Below are positions 1 to 10,742 of a stretch of 64,000 nt of DNA, in pieces (the stretch's first letter is position 1; every line of letters starts with the position of its first letter). The position numbers and the translations under genes are program-made. The stretch lies in IMG/VR virus record IMGVR_UViG_3300044548_000056; one strand, 5' to 3'. Under the pieces are notes generated by a model, which saw nothing but the letters and a program-made list of their open reading frames with translations, searched no databases and was not told the origin of the DNA. The stretch is from a virus.

Positions 1-125
1 GGGTCCATCCAATCAATGAAACTTTGTATATCAGAAAAAGACACCCCATCATCACCGGTCAAATACCAGTGGGCCATCTTCTCCCGATCTGAAATAATGT
101 CTTTATTGAAATATAACTTCGCCAT
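1..125 (-). CDS. 5' part of the Clp-type head maturation protease, truncated by the window edge (full copy at 41753-42901)
   Basis: Identical to 42777-42901 (MAKLYFNKDI...). Confidence 0.85.
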   Translation of the reverse strand, partial: MAKLYFNKDIISDREKMAHWYLTGDDGVSFSDIQSFIDWMD

Positions 126-146
126 ATCCTTTGTAAATGTTTGTAA

Positions 147-214
147 CAAAGGTAAAAAACGGGATACGGCTGGAAGAATGAAGGAAGGATAATCGACTGA
201 CATGAAATGTCAGT
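147..214 (-). promoter_or_regulatory. Late (head operon) promoter: -7 box TACCTTTG (147-154) and palindrome ACTGACAT-N3-ATGTCAGT (196-214)
   Basis: Perfect Bacteroidetes TAnnTTTG box; the palindrome recurs with the same spacing at 10808-10826. Confidence 0.7.
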
Positions 215-225
215 GTTTTTTTTGT

Positions 226-256
226 CAAAGAAAAAAGGAGAGGAATTTCTTCCTCC
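226..256 (-). terminator. Probable intrinsic terminator after the 77-aa gene
   Basis: GAGGAA/TTCCTC stem (240-255) followed on the minus strand by a T-rich run (226-236). Confidence 0.45.
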
Positions 257-271
257 CCCCTCTTATAAAAA

Positions 272-505
272 CTAGAGTTTTACTTGATGCGAGAACTTAT
301 TTATAAGCCTATAAACGGTTCGCACATTCACCTGATATTCGTCTGATAAATACTGTGTGATGTATGTTTTCTTATGCCCGGCGGAAACCATCCGTTCATA
401 TTCTTTATACATCTCAATGTACTTGACATCGTTGACCTCGATGGAGGCCTTAGACATGAGTTCAAGCACATTCTTATTTACCATCAACAATTCAAATGCT
501 TTCAT
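272..505 (-). CDS. Small HTH DNA-binding protein (Mor/C-like C-terminus); candidate late regulator
   Basis: 77 aa; LSDEYQVNVRTVYRLINK is HTH-like; coupled to the tape measure stop. Confidence 0.65.
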   Translation of the reverse strand: MKAFELLMVNKNVLELMSKASIEVNDVKYIEMYKEYERMVSAGHKKTYITQYLSDEYQVNVRTVYRLINKFSHQVKL

Positions 506-3111
506 ACGTTGCCTAATTCTTCCAAGTACTTAACTCTGTTCGCTACGGATGTGTATTCTTCTACTGAAACGACTGGCGGCGGGGCCATCATCATGCCTTT
601 TGCAACTGCCCTTGCAAGCATATCCTCCCCAATGGTTTGGTTAGAGGATGAAGTAGTGTTGATGTTGATCGGAACACCGCCACCCATCATATTGAATGAT
701 GATAAGAGCGGACTAAACATGCTTGTTGCGGCAGCAGTTAAAACACTCTCGCCATTTGATAGCATTGCGGGGATTGAATCACTGGTCGATGTGCCAGGCC
801 CGGTAACCTCACCTCCCTGTGCAAATTTAGCACTTTTTACTGTTTTTACAGCATTTGCGATGTTAGAAAGTATAGTTGCCACAGTCGTAGCAATAGCGGC
901 TAGATTTAAAGGGAATGGCTTTCCTGCAGCAGCTTTTACACCCTCGGCAACAGCAACCCCCGAATTTATAGCTATCTGCGCCAATGCTAGTACTTTTGAT
1001 GCCATAGCCAACGACTTATCAGATTCACCGATAGCCTCGGTTAGAGATATAAGTCCCCCGGTTATCTCGGACATGGACTGTAACTTGGCCTGTTCAATAT
1101 CTATCTCTTTTTCTGCAAGAGCCTGCTTCGAATCGTTATACTCATTCTGCACTTTCAACTTCCGAAGGTTAAAGGCGTCAATACTCTCCCCTTCTAGTTG
1201 CTGCATGGTATTTAGTTCTGTGAGTTTCTGTTCCATCTTGACACGGAGCACTTCCTCTTCATTACCATGCGCCTGTTCTATCTCCATCTCAAAACGGGTC
1301 TTTATGGCATCCTGCTGTTTTTTAAGGATGTCATCATCATGTTTAGCGGAAAGGTCATCAATCTGCTTATTATACTTTTGAGTGATGGCTAGTTTCATTT
1401 GCTCTGTAAGTTCTTTCTGTGATAACTCCGCATTACGTTGGGTAATGAGCTGCTGCATCTTTAACTGGTATTCCTGTTCGCTCCCGACTTTTACAGAAGC
1501 TAATTGCGTCTCAATGAGTTTCTGACGGTCTGCAATCTCCTTTGCCAATTGTTCATCTGATAATTTAGCTAGAGCATCCTTCTTCTGCTGTTCAATGGAA
1601 ACGATCTGCTTTCTAATGGCTTCCCTAGCAGATTTGGTAAGATCAGTTTCGTTTTTTAACCTGCGCTTTAAATCCTCCACTTGACGGTTGTACTGGTAAT
1701 TGACTTCTTTTGTCTGCTGTAATCGCTTGTCTTTAACCAGTTTCAGCATTTCATCCTCGGCCTTACGTACCTCGGCTATCTCTTTATCACGAATAGCCTT
1801 TGCCTGTTCTGCCGCTTGCTTCTTGGCATCAAGAGCCGATTTTTCGGCAGACTTATTTTCATTGATAACTTCTATTTCTTGCTCCTTCAGTCTGCGCGTT
1901 TTATCAAAATATTCTTTTTGAGCATTATATACATTTGCTTCCAGTTGTACCAATTCCTCATTTGTTTTCTTCTTATTCTTTGACCACCTACTCTCGGTCT
2001 TTAAATTCTCCAATTTCTGTACAGCTATATCTTTATTACGCTTAGCCTGCTGTTCTTCCAATTTATTGGCTTCCCTTACAAAAGCGAGCCGGTCTTTAGC
2101 TGAATATTTTTCTTTATCTTTGGCTTTAACTCTTAATTTTGAAACAGTAAGAGCATCTTTTGCATTCTTCACCGTGTTATCTCGTTCTTGCTCTTCAATA
2201 GCTATTCGTTCTTTTGATAACGCCACAGCTTCACGATTAGCATCATTCATTTCCTTTATATATTTCCCCACACCGGGTATTTTTTCCGCTAAAGAAGCAA
2301 TCCAATTCGTAAATTTTGCACCAACCTCTACAACTGATAAGATACCAGCAGCTAAATTTTGAACTATACTAAGCAAAAAACTTAAAGCTCTGCTTAATGG
2401 AGCTGTTATAACCTTCCACCTATTTGATTCTTCTTCACTTGAATTAATGGCTTTAGCCACCGCCATAACAGCAACAGCAATTCCAGATAATATGGCTACG
2501 ATCGGATTTGCTAATAATGCGAGTAATTGCTTACCAAACGAAGCGACAGCAGATTTGCCAATTGTAAATGCTTTCTGGACACCTCCCATCTCATTCTGCA
2601 TTTGCATGATTTGACCAATAAAAGGGACATTAGATTGAACTGCTCCCAATATGGCAGCTTCATAGTTTCCTACATTTCGATAAAAACGTTGCGTCTCAGC
2701 TTCTGCACCTTTCAACTCATTAGTAACTGAATTTATCTTCTTCTGTAAACCCTGCCCTTTAGAACCTTCACGCTCCTCTTTATTTAACCTATCATAAGCA
2801 GCAGTCAAGTTCGATAATTGAGCACGAAGAGATACTAAACTGCCTTCCTGTTCCTTCTCTACCTTGCGATTATTAGAAACTTCTTTAGATACAGTTCGAA
2901 GAGTTTCGGTATATTCCTTTTCTGCAACTTTTGCCTCACTAAGTTTCAAATTGTATTTATCCCGGCTTATACGCCCCGCATCCAAATCCTCTTTAAGGGT
3001 TTTCTCTAACTTTCTAACGACATCCAACTGCGAACGATAATCAGATATTTTTCTTATCGCATCATCATAACGCACGCGAATATCCAAAATCTTTTCTTGT
3101 ACATTTTCCAT
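502..3111 (-). CDS. Tape measure protein
   Basis: ~870 aa, Ala/Lys/Glu/Gln-rich coiled coil with hydrophobic segments and C-terminal FAQGGEVTGPGTSTSDSIPAMLSNGE motif; likely start ATG 3111 (track start 3141). Confidence 0.85.
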   Translation of the reverse strand: MENVQEKILDIRVRYDDAIRKISDYRSQLDVVRKLEKTLKEDLDAGRISRDKYNLKLSEAKVAEKEYTETLRTVSKEVSNNRKVEKEQEGSLVSLRAQLSNLTAAYDRLNKEEREGSKGQGLQKKINSVTNELKGAEAETQRFYRNVGNYEAAILGAVQSNVPFIGQIMQMQNEMGGVQKAFTIGKSAVASFGKQLLALLANPIVAILSGIAVAVMAVAKAINSSEEESNRWKVITAPLSRALSFLLSIVQNLAAGILSVVEVGAKFTNWIASLAEKIPGVGKYIKEMNDANREAVALSKERIAIEEQERDNTVKNAKDALTVSKLRVKAKDKEKYSAKDRLAFVREANKLEEQQAKRNKDIAVQKLENLKTESRWSKNKKKTNEELVQLEANVYNAQKEYFDKTRRLKEQEIEVINENKSAEKSALDAKKQAAEQAKAIRDKEIAEVRKAEDEMLKLVKDKRLQQTKEVNYQYNRQVEDLKRRLKNETDLTKSAREAIRKQIVSIEQQKKDALAKLSDEQLAKEIADRQKLIETQLASVKVGSEQEYQLKMQQLITQRNAELSQKELTEQMKLAITQKYNKQIDDLSAKHDDDILKKQQDAIKTRFEMEIEQAHGNEEEVLRVKMEQKLTELNTMQQLEGESIDAFNLRKLKVQNEYNDSKQALAEKEIDIEQAKLQSMSEITGGLISLTEAIGESDKSLAMASKVLALAQIAINSGVAVAEGVKAAAGKPFPLNLAAIATTVATILSNIANAVKTVKSAKFAQGGEVTGPGTSTSDSIPAMLSNGESVLTAAATSMFSPLLSSFNMMGGGVPININTTSSSNQTIGEDMLARAVAKGMMMAPPPVVSVEEYTSVANRVKYLEELGNV

Positions 3112-3113
3112 AT

Positions 3114-5024
3114 TTATACCTCCAATTGTAATAATTTGCATTCACATATACCCGTATCTTCGGCCTTTATTGATATGATGGCATAATAGCGGCCATACTG
3201 TCCGAGATAAACAGGTACGGTCATATCCAACTCTTTCAAATCAATATCACTCACCTCTATCTTTTCAGTAAGAATCACAGGCTTACGTACCAGTTCCTGA
3301 TACTTTGAATAGTTTTTATTGATTAGTGTTTCCCAATCAAGCCCGGTAAACACACCACTTACTCCCGAAAGAAGCAATAAGCGAGATTCAACGGTTGAGT
3401 ATTGTAGCTTTCCGTCTTTATCATAAGAGTACAACGGTATCTTTGCTATCCCTTTATACATTTCCGTTGGTGAGAAAGGAAGGGTAATCACATCATTTTC
3501 ATAATCAAGTGTCTCATCATCCACAACGATATAACCGCTATAATCACCCGACACCGTACTATCTTCCTTCCATAGGTAGTTATTCCTCTGTGCAAAGTCA
3601 TCAAGAGAAAACGATATTTCCTTTGGCTTATTCTCCTGAAAGGTTGCCACCACCTTACGAGTCCAGTTTAATGCCTTACTTTTATTCCCTACTAAAGTTT
3701 CCACAGAGACAAAGCGTATCACGTTCCCTTCCTCTGCAACCGCAAACACACCAAGCATTGAAGCTATTGCTTTTATAAAATCAATCTGTTTTATGTTAGG
3801 AAGATTGGGTACGATCCAAAACAAACCGTCAACATAACCCGAACCCGTATTTGTTTCCCGTATCACCTGTTCCGCTATATTCGCCACCTTCATACTCCCG
3901 GAGACAGCAAGCACTTTCCCGCCGTCACCAATGTTATCAAAAGAGAACTTTATGTATTTCCCTTTGGTATTATCGTAAATATTAGTCAGTACAGACGTCT
4001 TTTCATCCTCAAACTCATACAATACCTTATACTGATTAGTGGTCCCGGAAATAAGAGATATATCCACTGGTGAAATTTCCAGTACGGTTGTTGTATCTAT
4101 GTCTGAACCATTACTACTTTGGTTTGAGTTATAGATTACAAGGGTTGGAGCGGAAGGGGTACTATTAGCCTGTATTGTCACCTCTAAACGGCCGGTGATG
4201 CGGGGCGTACCATTACTGATAAACGAGCAATAGGAATTTGTTTTATGCGTACCTACTCCTAAAGAGAACGCCCGCCCGTAATAATTAGAGGTCGTATTGT
4301 CTTTAAAGGTTATCATATTACGATTTACATCTTCATCCATTTCCACTCCATTAGCAACAAGGGTAACGGCACATATTTCAGAATACTTCTCACTATCATT
4401 ACGTGTCAGTAACGGAACAAACATCTTTTGCATTTGCATCATCTTATCATCGGGAAAGACAAAGCTCACCCCGCTTGCCGATGCGATCATATCAAGTATC
4501 TCATTGACGTACACAACAGGGTGATACCACACCTTCGTTTCCTCGGTTTTAAAGCCATAGTTTATTTTAGGATATAGCTTATCATTTGCTCCCCAGTCCT
4601 TCCATTCCCGGTAATCACGCCCCGCATAAGCTCTTCCCCCTTCCAGATAAGGAAGGTCGGTTAACTTCTTACCATCGCTCACAATGGAAGAAAATGCAGT
4701 GGTGTTTCCCCATGCAAGGGCCATCTCTATACTATCGGATATGGAGAGTAACACGGCACTGGACTTATTGATTATCTCAATGCCGTTACGGATATATCTC
4801 CCGGCATGTCGCTTCCTTGGATAGTCTGTTTCACACGCTGGCAAATCGGCATGTTGGATGATACGCTGATTTCTCACCGTCTTAGGCAGTTTGATTGTAT
4901 AGCTGTTATTACTCACTATCTTACTCAAATCAGTAAAGATGTTACTCTTAAAATTCAGTGTGATTTTGGTGTTATCATCCAAATCCACCAGCTCGCCATC
5001 AATAAATAATAAATCGTTTCTCAT
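3114..5024 (-). CDS. Tail structural protein (hub/baseplate-like)
   Basis: 636 aa, beta-rich, adjacent to tape measure, coupled in the late operon. Confidence 0.6.
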   Translation of the reverse strand: MRNDLLFIDGELVDLDDNTKITLNFKSNIFTDLSKIVSNNSYTIKLPKTVRNQRIIQHADLPACETDYPRKRHAGRYIRNGIEIINKSSAVLLSISDSIEMALAWGNTTAFSSIVSDGKKLTDLPYLEGGRAYAGRDYREWKDWGANDKLYPKINYGFKTEETKVWYHPVVYVNEILDMIASASGVSFVFPDDKMMQMQKMFVPLLTRNDSEKYSEICAVTLVANGVEMDEDVNRNMITFKDNTTSNYYGRAFSLGVGTHKTNSYCSFISNGTPRITGRLEVTIQANSTPSAPTLVIYNSNQSSNGSDIDTTTVLEISPVDISLISGTTNQYKVLYEFEDEKTSVLTNIYDNTKGKYIKFSFDNIGDGGKVLAVSGSMKVANIAEQVIRETNTGSGYVDGLFWIVPNLPNIKQIDFIKAIASMLGVFAVAEEGNVIRFVSVETLVGNKSKALNWTRKVVATFQENKPKEISFSLDDFAQRNNYLWKEDSTVSGDYSGYIVVDDETLDYENDVITLPFSPTEMYKGIAKIPLYSYDKDGKLQYSTVESRLLLLSGVSGVFTGLDWETLINKNYSKYQELVRKPVILTEKIEVSDIDLKELDMTVPVYLGQYGRYYAIISIKAEDTGICECKLLQLEV

Positions 5025-6118
5025 AAGCTTTGTACACGTGTTTCAGGTAATATAATTGTTGCTACAAAGTCCTGCAATACACTCCGGGCTTTTACGAAAG
5101 TTTCCACCGATACATTAACGGCTTTCCAACGATCCACACCGTTTACATCCTTACCGGCATACATATCAACGACAGGGGTCAATGCCAATTGGAAAAGGAA
5201 ATCGTATGTATCACTATTCACCAGTGGAGCACATATAGGAATGGTATTGTTCTCTGTTTTCCGCTGTTTGCGGCCCGTGCCACCGTGATAACCGTTTACA
5301 TAGTTGTAATCCTGCATGTTGTTACGGATAAATTCCCCGTCATTGGCTACCTGCCGGCTTTCATCCCCATTGTGGAATAGCCAATAACAGTAAAAGCCAT
5401 GTCGGTTTATCCAGCGAAGATACACCCCGTCGGTACAGCTATCCACAAGCAACCGTACCGTGGCCGCTACATTGGTAAGTGCCTGAAAGGTGAAATCAAA
5501 CGTGTTATCAAATACACTGGCTACACCTTCGGAGCCTGGCAGTTCAAAGCGTACTTCATCCTTGGCATCAATACCGTTCAGCATCAGGTTATAAACCTTC
5601 CTATCAGGCAGCGCAATGGCATCCAAAGCAACGCCATCGGCCGTAACGTTCACACTCCCGGCGGCGGCCGTGTACATTCCAACAGTAAAAGGATAATTCT
5701 TAAACCATGTCAACACCCGGTCACCGTTGTACCGCTCCCCTATCTTCATAGCTCCCCAGATAACGAACGTGTTAAACTGAAAGCTATTCCCTAAAGTCCC
5801 GTCATCGTTATATAAGTCAAGCTCTACACTAAAGAGCCTGCCTAACTTACTATCCTGTGCGCCAGATGCGGTATAATCAACCTTATTGAAGTCGATTGAA
5901 TCAAAAGCGGCCTGTGTATAGAACGACATATCAAAGAAACAGGAAGTGTCGAACATGGTACGCTTTTCCGTATGGCTGTCATTGGTAACGGTGTCTGTCA
6001 CAATCATAGCCACCGAGGCCCACGCATGGCCGAGTATGTTAATCACCACCGGATTGAAACAAAACGCTATTTCATCCGGGTACTCAATCGTGGTATCATC
6101 AATACTATGCGTTCTCAT
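5021..6118 (-). CDS. Tail protein (distal-tail-like, inferred)
   Basis: 365 aa; YLRWINRHGFYCYWLF motif typical of Bacteroidetes phage tail proteins; overlapping stop/start. Confidence 0.55.
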   Translation of the reverse strand: MRTHSIDDTTIEYPDEIAFCFNPVVINILGHAWASVAMIVTDTVTNDSHTEKRTMFDTSCFFDMSFYTQAAFDSIDFNKVDYTASGAQDSKLGRLFSVELDLYNDDGTLGNSFQFNTFVIWGAMKIGERYNGDRVLTWFKNYPFTVGMYTAAAGSVNVTADGVALDAIALPDRKVYNLMLNGIDAKDEVRFELPGSEGVASVFDNTFDFTFQALTNVAATVRLLVDSCTDGVYLRWINRHGFYCYWLFHNGDESRQVANDGEFIRNNMQDYNYVNGYHGGTGRKQRKTENNTIPICAPLVNSDTYDFLFQLALTPVVDMYAGKDVNGVDRWKAVNVSVETFVKARSVLQDFVATIILPETRVQSL

Positions 6119-6569
6119 TACTATTCAGGTTTATGTGTGTTACACCATCGGCAAGGATGCCAAACACACGGTCCATAATATTCTTTATTGTCTCTTCAAC
6201 ATCCGGGGAGTAAATGTCTGCACGGCCACCATTACGGAACAGTTCCGTTCCCTCATTGGCTATCTTCCGGGCCACTAGATAGGCAAAGCTCTTAGGCTTC
6301 TCCACCTGTATCTTTTTATCCTCCACCCACTGCTGGATGATCTGATAAAAGCCTTTGGGTACTTTGCCCGGACGGCGTCCCGTCTCCAATACATCAAAGG
6401 CCTGCCTGCCGTATAGGATGCCATGATTATCATCAACGACCACTTTCAGGCTCTCAATGGTACGGCCGCTAGCTCTTTGCTTGGCCCGTATATGATTGTC
6501 GATAATACGCTGTCTAAGGGCATTCAGTTCCTCGCTTATAACTTTCTTTGCTTCCTCTTTATTTCCCAT
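6105..6569 (-). CDS. Virion morphogenesis/neck protein (HK97 gp10-like, inferred)
   Basis: 154 aa; ASGRT..SL and ETGRRPGKVP motifs; position in structural operon. Confidence 0.5.
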   Translation of the reverse strand: MGNKEEAKKVISEELNALRQRIIDNHIRAKQRASGRTIESLKVVVDDNHGILYGRQAFDVLETGRRPGKVPKGFYQIIQQWVEDKKIQVEKPKSFAYLVARKIANEGTELFRNGGRADIYSPDVEETIKNIMDRVFGILADGVTHINLNSNENA

Positions 6570-6570
6570 A

Positions 6571-6999
6571 TCAGCACATAGGCACTCCGTGTACCTCCTT
6601 TAGTTGCAACTCAATCACAACTCCGGTTATATTCACATCCAGCTTATCATAAAAGACCGAATAAGTGATGTCACCGTCAACCGGTTCAAACAGCCCGCTA
6701 TTATTTAGTCTCTTGATGAAATCAATAGCATGGGACTTACAACGTTCTATCACTTCATCATTGTCCACACCGTCAAAATCAAGTTCGGTCAAGTCAGCAA
6801 AGGCAAGCATACAGTTAGGACAATCCCGTATCTGTACACGGGACAAACTGAACTTACCCGATACCGGAAGCACGTTAATCATAACCGGCATCTTTTCTTT
6901 GTCTAACCGGACATTAGCCGTGGCCCAGTTATCATACAAATAGGTTATTCCAAGCTGTTCAGCAATGGAAGCAATCTTTCTCTCTACACTTGTTTTCAT
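6571..6999 (-). CDS. Putative tail terminator/completion protein
   Basis: 142 aa acidic, in structural operon; function inferred from context. Confidence 0.4.
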   Translation of the reverse strand: MKTSVERKIASIAEQLGITYLYDNWATANVRLDKEKMPVMINVLPVSGKFSLSRVQIRDCPNCMLAFADLTELDFDGVDNDEVIERCKSHAIDFIKRLNNSGLFEPVDGDITYSVFYDKLDVNITGVVIELQLKEVHGVPMC

Positions 7000-7535
7000 C
7001 GTTCCTTATTTTGATAGACCTCTCTCAATCTACGTTCATAGCGTATCTTCTCCGCATCCATATCCAAACACTTATATACCCGTATCCACGGCACACGCTC
7101 CACTTCCTCATGGTCTGTTATACCCATACGTATAGCGAAATAATCCAATAGGCCGAACATCCCGAATTTGAGTTGCTCAATGCCGGCACGCTTTTCCTCG
7201 GGAGTAGGTTCCACACTGGTGGATTCAAACAACTTATTAATCCGGCCTACTTCCTTTGCCACCCATGAAGAGAAGCCTATCACATCCTCTGCCCGGCATT
7301 CACTTACTTCCTCTTTAGATAACCCAAGTAGGACCATACAAGGCACAAAGAGACAGTCGGTCACAGTGGAGACCGATTGCAATTCAATGAGTTGTCCCAT
7401 AGTTGCATTATTTAATGTTTCGGGTACATACATACCGCATACAAAGTCCGGCTTTGGAAGGGCTTCAATCTGTGCTTTCACCTCTTCCGGGTTGGCCGCT
7501 ACTTCACTCAATATCAAAAACTCTTTTACTGTCAT
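6996..7535 (-). CDS. Hypothetical structural or assembly protein
   Basis: 179 aa, coupled between terminase and tail genes. Confidence 0.5.
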   Translation of the reverse strand: MTVKEFLILSEVAANPEEVKAQIEALPKPDFVCGMYVPETLNNATMGQLIELQSVSTVTDCLFVPCMVLLGLSKEEVSECRAEDVIGFSSWVAKEVGRINKLFESTSVEPTPEEKRAGIEQLKFGMFGLLDYFAIRMGITDHEEVERVPWIRVYKCLDMDAEKIRYERRLREVYQNKER

Positions 7536-7537
7536 AA

Positions 7538-8725
7538 TTATATTGTTGCTAATTTTGCTCTTGCTTTCCTGATAACCGGACGCTCTGATAACTTATTCAA
7601 TGCTACATACCGGACGGCGTCCATAGCATGATTATACTTATCCACAGGCTCATTCGTCAGCTCACCCGTTATCTTATTCTCTTTCCACTTATAGTTCCGC
7701 AGTTCCTTTATCACATTCAAACTGCGCTTTGTTACGCATAGCTCATACCGTTGTAATATCTGAATGCCTGTTCGAATGGAATCACTACCCTTTTCCGCTG
7801 GCTCTATATGCTTAATGCCATAGTTGTATATCTCCTTGATGGATTTCTGTTCTGCTGAATCGGCAATCACATTACGACCGGATAGGTCTGCCTCCCGGAT
7901 GCGTACAGCGATCATATCGTTTGTCATGCCCCTATCGTAGCACTTCTCATCAAGCCATAGTTTACCATCACACAAAGCCACTTCAATGAGTGCCGTCGGG
8001 TCGTTGGTGAATCCAAAGTCAAGACCACCCCATATACGTTTCGCTTCCTTGGGCATGGCATCAACCTGCTTCCAACGTGAATAAATAACCCCGATAGGAC
8101 GGCCCGTTTCACCAAGGCCATACACCTTCCACCAATTCTCATCATCCTTATTTGATTCTATCTCGGCCACCTGTTGAGGGGATAAGTAAGGATTGTCCTT
8201 GTAAGTGGAATGAATCTCTATCGTGTTCTCACGCCCTTGTATGCCTTTTATCTCATACCAGAACTCTGTATCCGGGTTCCAGTCTACGAAGATGCACTCC
8301 GTAGTACGTACAGCCAGTTGACGAAAGACTTCGTAGTTTATACGATTACACTCATTGATGAAAAGAATATCACGCCGGGAGCCTTTTACCTTCCCCCAGT
8401 CATCAGCAGAGAAGAAACGTATCTTTATCCCGGAACGGAAAGTATAGACATGATCCGTTTCGTTCTTCTCATAGTCCACACCCTCAACTAGGTTTTCCGC
8501 CGTTAGTATGTCCTCAATATCATTGATAGCCCCACGTTTGAGGTGCGGCATGCTTTCAGAGACAATGTCTATGACACGTTTCTTTGTGTTCCCGGTTGCA
8601 ATAGTCACAAATAAAGAGACAAGGGAGTACGTCTTTCCGCTACGTGTACCCCCTTTATTGGCTATGATACGATAGTTACCTAACCATGCCTTTAGATTCT
8701 CCCTATATACATGTGTCAACCTCAT
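7538..8725 (-). CDS. terL: Terminase large subunit (PBSX-like)
   Basis: Walker A GGTRSGKT, Walker B-like LFINE, nuclease GLDFGFTNDPT and C-terminal NHAMDAVRY. Confidence 0.95.
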   Translation of the reverse strand: MRLTHVYRENLKAWLGNYRIIANKGGTRSGKTYSLVSLFVTIATGNTKKRVIDIVSESMPHLKRGAINDIEDILTAENLVEGVDYEKNETDHVYTFRSGIKIRFFSADDWGKVKGSRRDILFINECNRINYEVFRQLAVRTTECIFVDWNPDTEFWYEIKGIQGRENTIEIHSTYKDNPYLSPQQVAEIESNKDDENWWKVYGLGETGRPIGVIYSRWKQVDAMPKEAKRIWGGLDFGFTNDPTALIEVALCDGKLWLDEKCYDRGMTNDMIAVRIREADLSGRNVIADSAEQKSIKEIYNYGIKHIEPAEKGSDSIRTGIQILQRYELCVTKRSLNVIKELRNYKWKENKITGELTNEPVDKYNHAMDAVRYVALNKLSERPVIRKARAKLATI

Positions 8726-9280
8726 TTAGTGCTCCTTTAACTTCTCCATGAGGTTTGCATCGGCATCATTGGAAACAATGACTTTTAGCCCGGTACTAAT
8801 ACTCCCGGAGTATTCCTGCTGTTGTTTATCGACCAACCCAAGTTTACGCGCAATGATGTTTGCATTGAAGGCCCCAACACACGCACCCTCAAACTGTTGC
8901 GTCTCGATCGTTTCCTCCACGCGCGTGATGACTAATAAAAAATCTTCATCATTTTTCTTCTTACATGCTTCTTTGAAGTTTCGCCACCACATCGTTGACG
9001 CACCAACGTATATACATAATCCGGTGAGAGAGTAAGGACGTGCAACAGGTGTTACCTCCTTTTGCGTCTGCTCTTCGTTGACTACTCTTGTGCGCTTACC
9101 TTCTTTCCGCTTCATGGGGATAACCTTCTGAATTGCTTTCTTTGTAGTCCAGGGGTTTTCATCACACCATTGGAAATACTCACATGCAGCATCCCATAAT
9201 AATTCAGGCGTGGAAAAGAGCTTGTCTCTTCCATGCTTGTTTCTCAACATCCAAAACTGATTTCCTTTCGGTGCACTCAT
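8726..9280 (-). CDS. terS: Terminase small subunit (P22 gp3-like DNA packaging protein)
   Basis: MSAPKGNQFW start, FNANIIARKLGL motif, directly upstream of terL. Confidence 0.88.
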   Translation of the reverse strand: MSAPKGNQFWMLRNKHGRDKLFSTPELLWDAACEYFQWCDENPWTTKKAIQKVIPMKRKEGKRTRVVNEEQTQKEVTPVARPYSLTGLCIYVGASTMWWRNFKEACKKKNDEDFLLVITRVEETIETQQFEGACVGAFNANIIARKLGLVDKQQQEYSGSISTGLKVIVSNDADANLMEKLKEH

Positions 9281-9284
9281 TTTC

Positions 9285-10742
9285 TTATTCCTCTATTTCC
9301 CGACGTAATACCACATCAATGTCCTCATCCGTAAAATCAATCGGACTAAATCGCTCACGTATGTTCTTTGGATCATCACCCTTATAGAAAACCAAGATGT
9401 TTTGGTGATGCTTACCTGTTTTACGGCTTATGTTGAAAGGCTTAGATACACGAATAGCCAATCCGGCTATCTGATTAACCAAGATCAGTTCATTGTAGAA
9501 ATGTAAACCGGCTTTTTCAAATGCTGTGATAGTATCTGATACGAAGTTATGATAGAAACCGTTCTTGTCCCTTACCTCTCCCACGACAAAGATTGCAAAG
9601 CTATTATCCTTCAGCAGAGAACATGACCTAGCTATGATGGTCTCATACGCTTTAATGAACTCGGGATAGTCCATTGTGGATAAGTCTTTCGGATCATCTG
9701 AATAAACCTCCAAATCAGCATAAGGCGGACAACTGAATATCATGTCTGCTTTATATCCTTTGCAATGCTTATCAATACCCGTACTATCTCCACATTTCCA
9801 AACAGGAAAGTTAGGTATGTCACCAAGTACCTCTTTGGCATTCTCCCTGTTCGCTTCAATCTGTTCTTTACGTAAATCAACTCCGATATAGGACATACCG
9901 AGTTTAGCAGCTACTATACCACGAACAGAACCACCGGAAAACGGATCAAGTATAAGACCTTCCGGGACATTAAACCAACGATACATCAACTCGCATAATA
10001 CCGGGTCAAAGATGGATGTACAACCAAGTAATGGTATTTTGTTCTCTTCGCAGTATTTGAATACCTCTTCCCACGAAGGATCGTTACCGGTCGTTTCACG
10101 AATCTTATTACGTATCTCGTAGACATGTGGAGGTTGTGCAGAACGATTGTAAGTGATATCTTTCTCACGACCTATCTCGCTCTTTATTCCAAGCGATAGC
10201 CACATACGACGCCTGTTTATCCAGTTACCTACTCTGGTATCAAGGACGGAAAAAGGAGGAAAGATAAAACGTTCCTGTAATGTGGCAGTGGGGACACTAT
10301 CAGACTGTTTGCCCCCAGAGATTGGATTACTTGCATCGGAAAAGAGCGCATCCATATCACCGAAGTTAACGTCTCCAAGCCCCCACTCCATGAGCTTGTC
10401 ACAATCCCAATCCAATAGTTTAGATACATCCCACTCACCGTTATTGAGGTTATCCCGGATGATGATCTCTTTCTCTCGCTCCTCGGTTAGACCTTCTAAG
10501 AGTGCCGTTGGTACTTTCTTTATACCAAGCTGTACACAGGCATCATAACGTTGGTTACCGGCAATGATGGTAAGTTCGCCGGTTCTGTTTGATAAGATAA
10601 TGGGACGGGCTTCGAAATAATCGGGATTGTGTTGTATGGATTCCTTTAGCTTCTCTAGCTGTTCCTCGGTTATAGTCCGTGGATTATTCTCTAACTTCTT
10701 TAAATCACTTATTTTACGATAGATTATTTCCATAAAAAACAC
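9285..10742 (-). CDS. ParB-N domain fused to an amino (N6A/N4C) DNA methyltransferase
   Basis: N-terminal NNPRTI...IIAGNQRY (ParB/Srx); motif I LDPFSGGS, motif IV FSCPPY. Confidence 0.85.
   Translation of the reverse strand: MFFMEIIYRKISDLKKLENNPRTITEEQLEKLKESIQHNPDYFEARPIILSNRTGELTIIAGNQRYDACVQLGIKKVPTALLEGLTEEREKEIIIRDNLNNGEWDVSKLLDWDCDKLMEWGLGDVNFGDMDALFSDASNPISGGKQSDSVPTATLQERFIFPPFSVLDTRVGNWINRRRMWLSLGIKSEIGREKDITYNRSAQPPHVYEIRNKIRETTGNDPSWEEVFKYCEENKIPLLGCTSIFDPVLCELMYRWFNVPEGLILDPFSGGSVRGIVAAKLGMSYIGVDLRKEQIEANRENAKEVLGDIPNFPVWKCGDSTGIDKHCKGYKADMIFSCPPYADLEVYSDDPKDLSTMDYPEFIKAYETIIARSCSLLKDNSFAIFVVGEVRDKNGFYHNFVSDTITAFEKAGLHFYNELILVNQIAGLAIRVSKPFNISRKTGKHHQNILVFYKGDDPKNIRERFSPIDFTDEDIDVVLRREIEE

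Noticed and set aside
374-1381. 335-aa plus-strand ORF (and its copy at 43150-44157)
   Set aside because: Antisense shadow of the tape measure gene; Ser/Ala/Ile-rich with no motif
6996-7535. Tail chaperone programmed frameshift
   Set aside because: No slippery heptamer with an overlapping downstream frame was evident, and the gene is not adjacent to the tape measure
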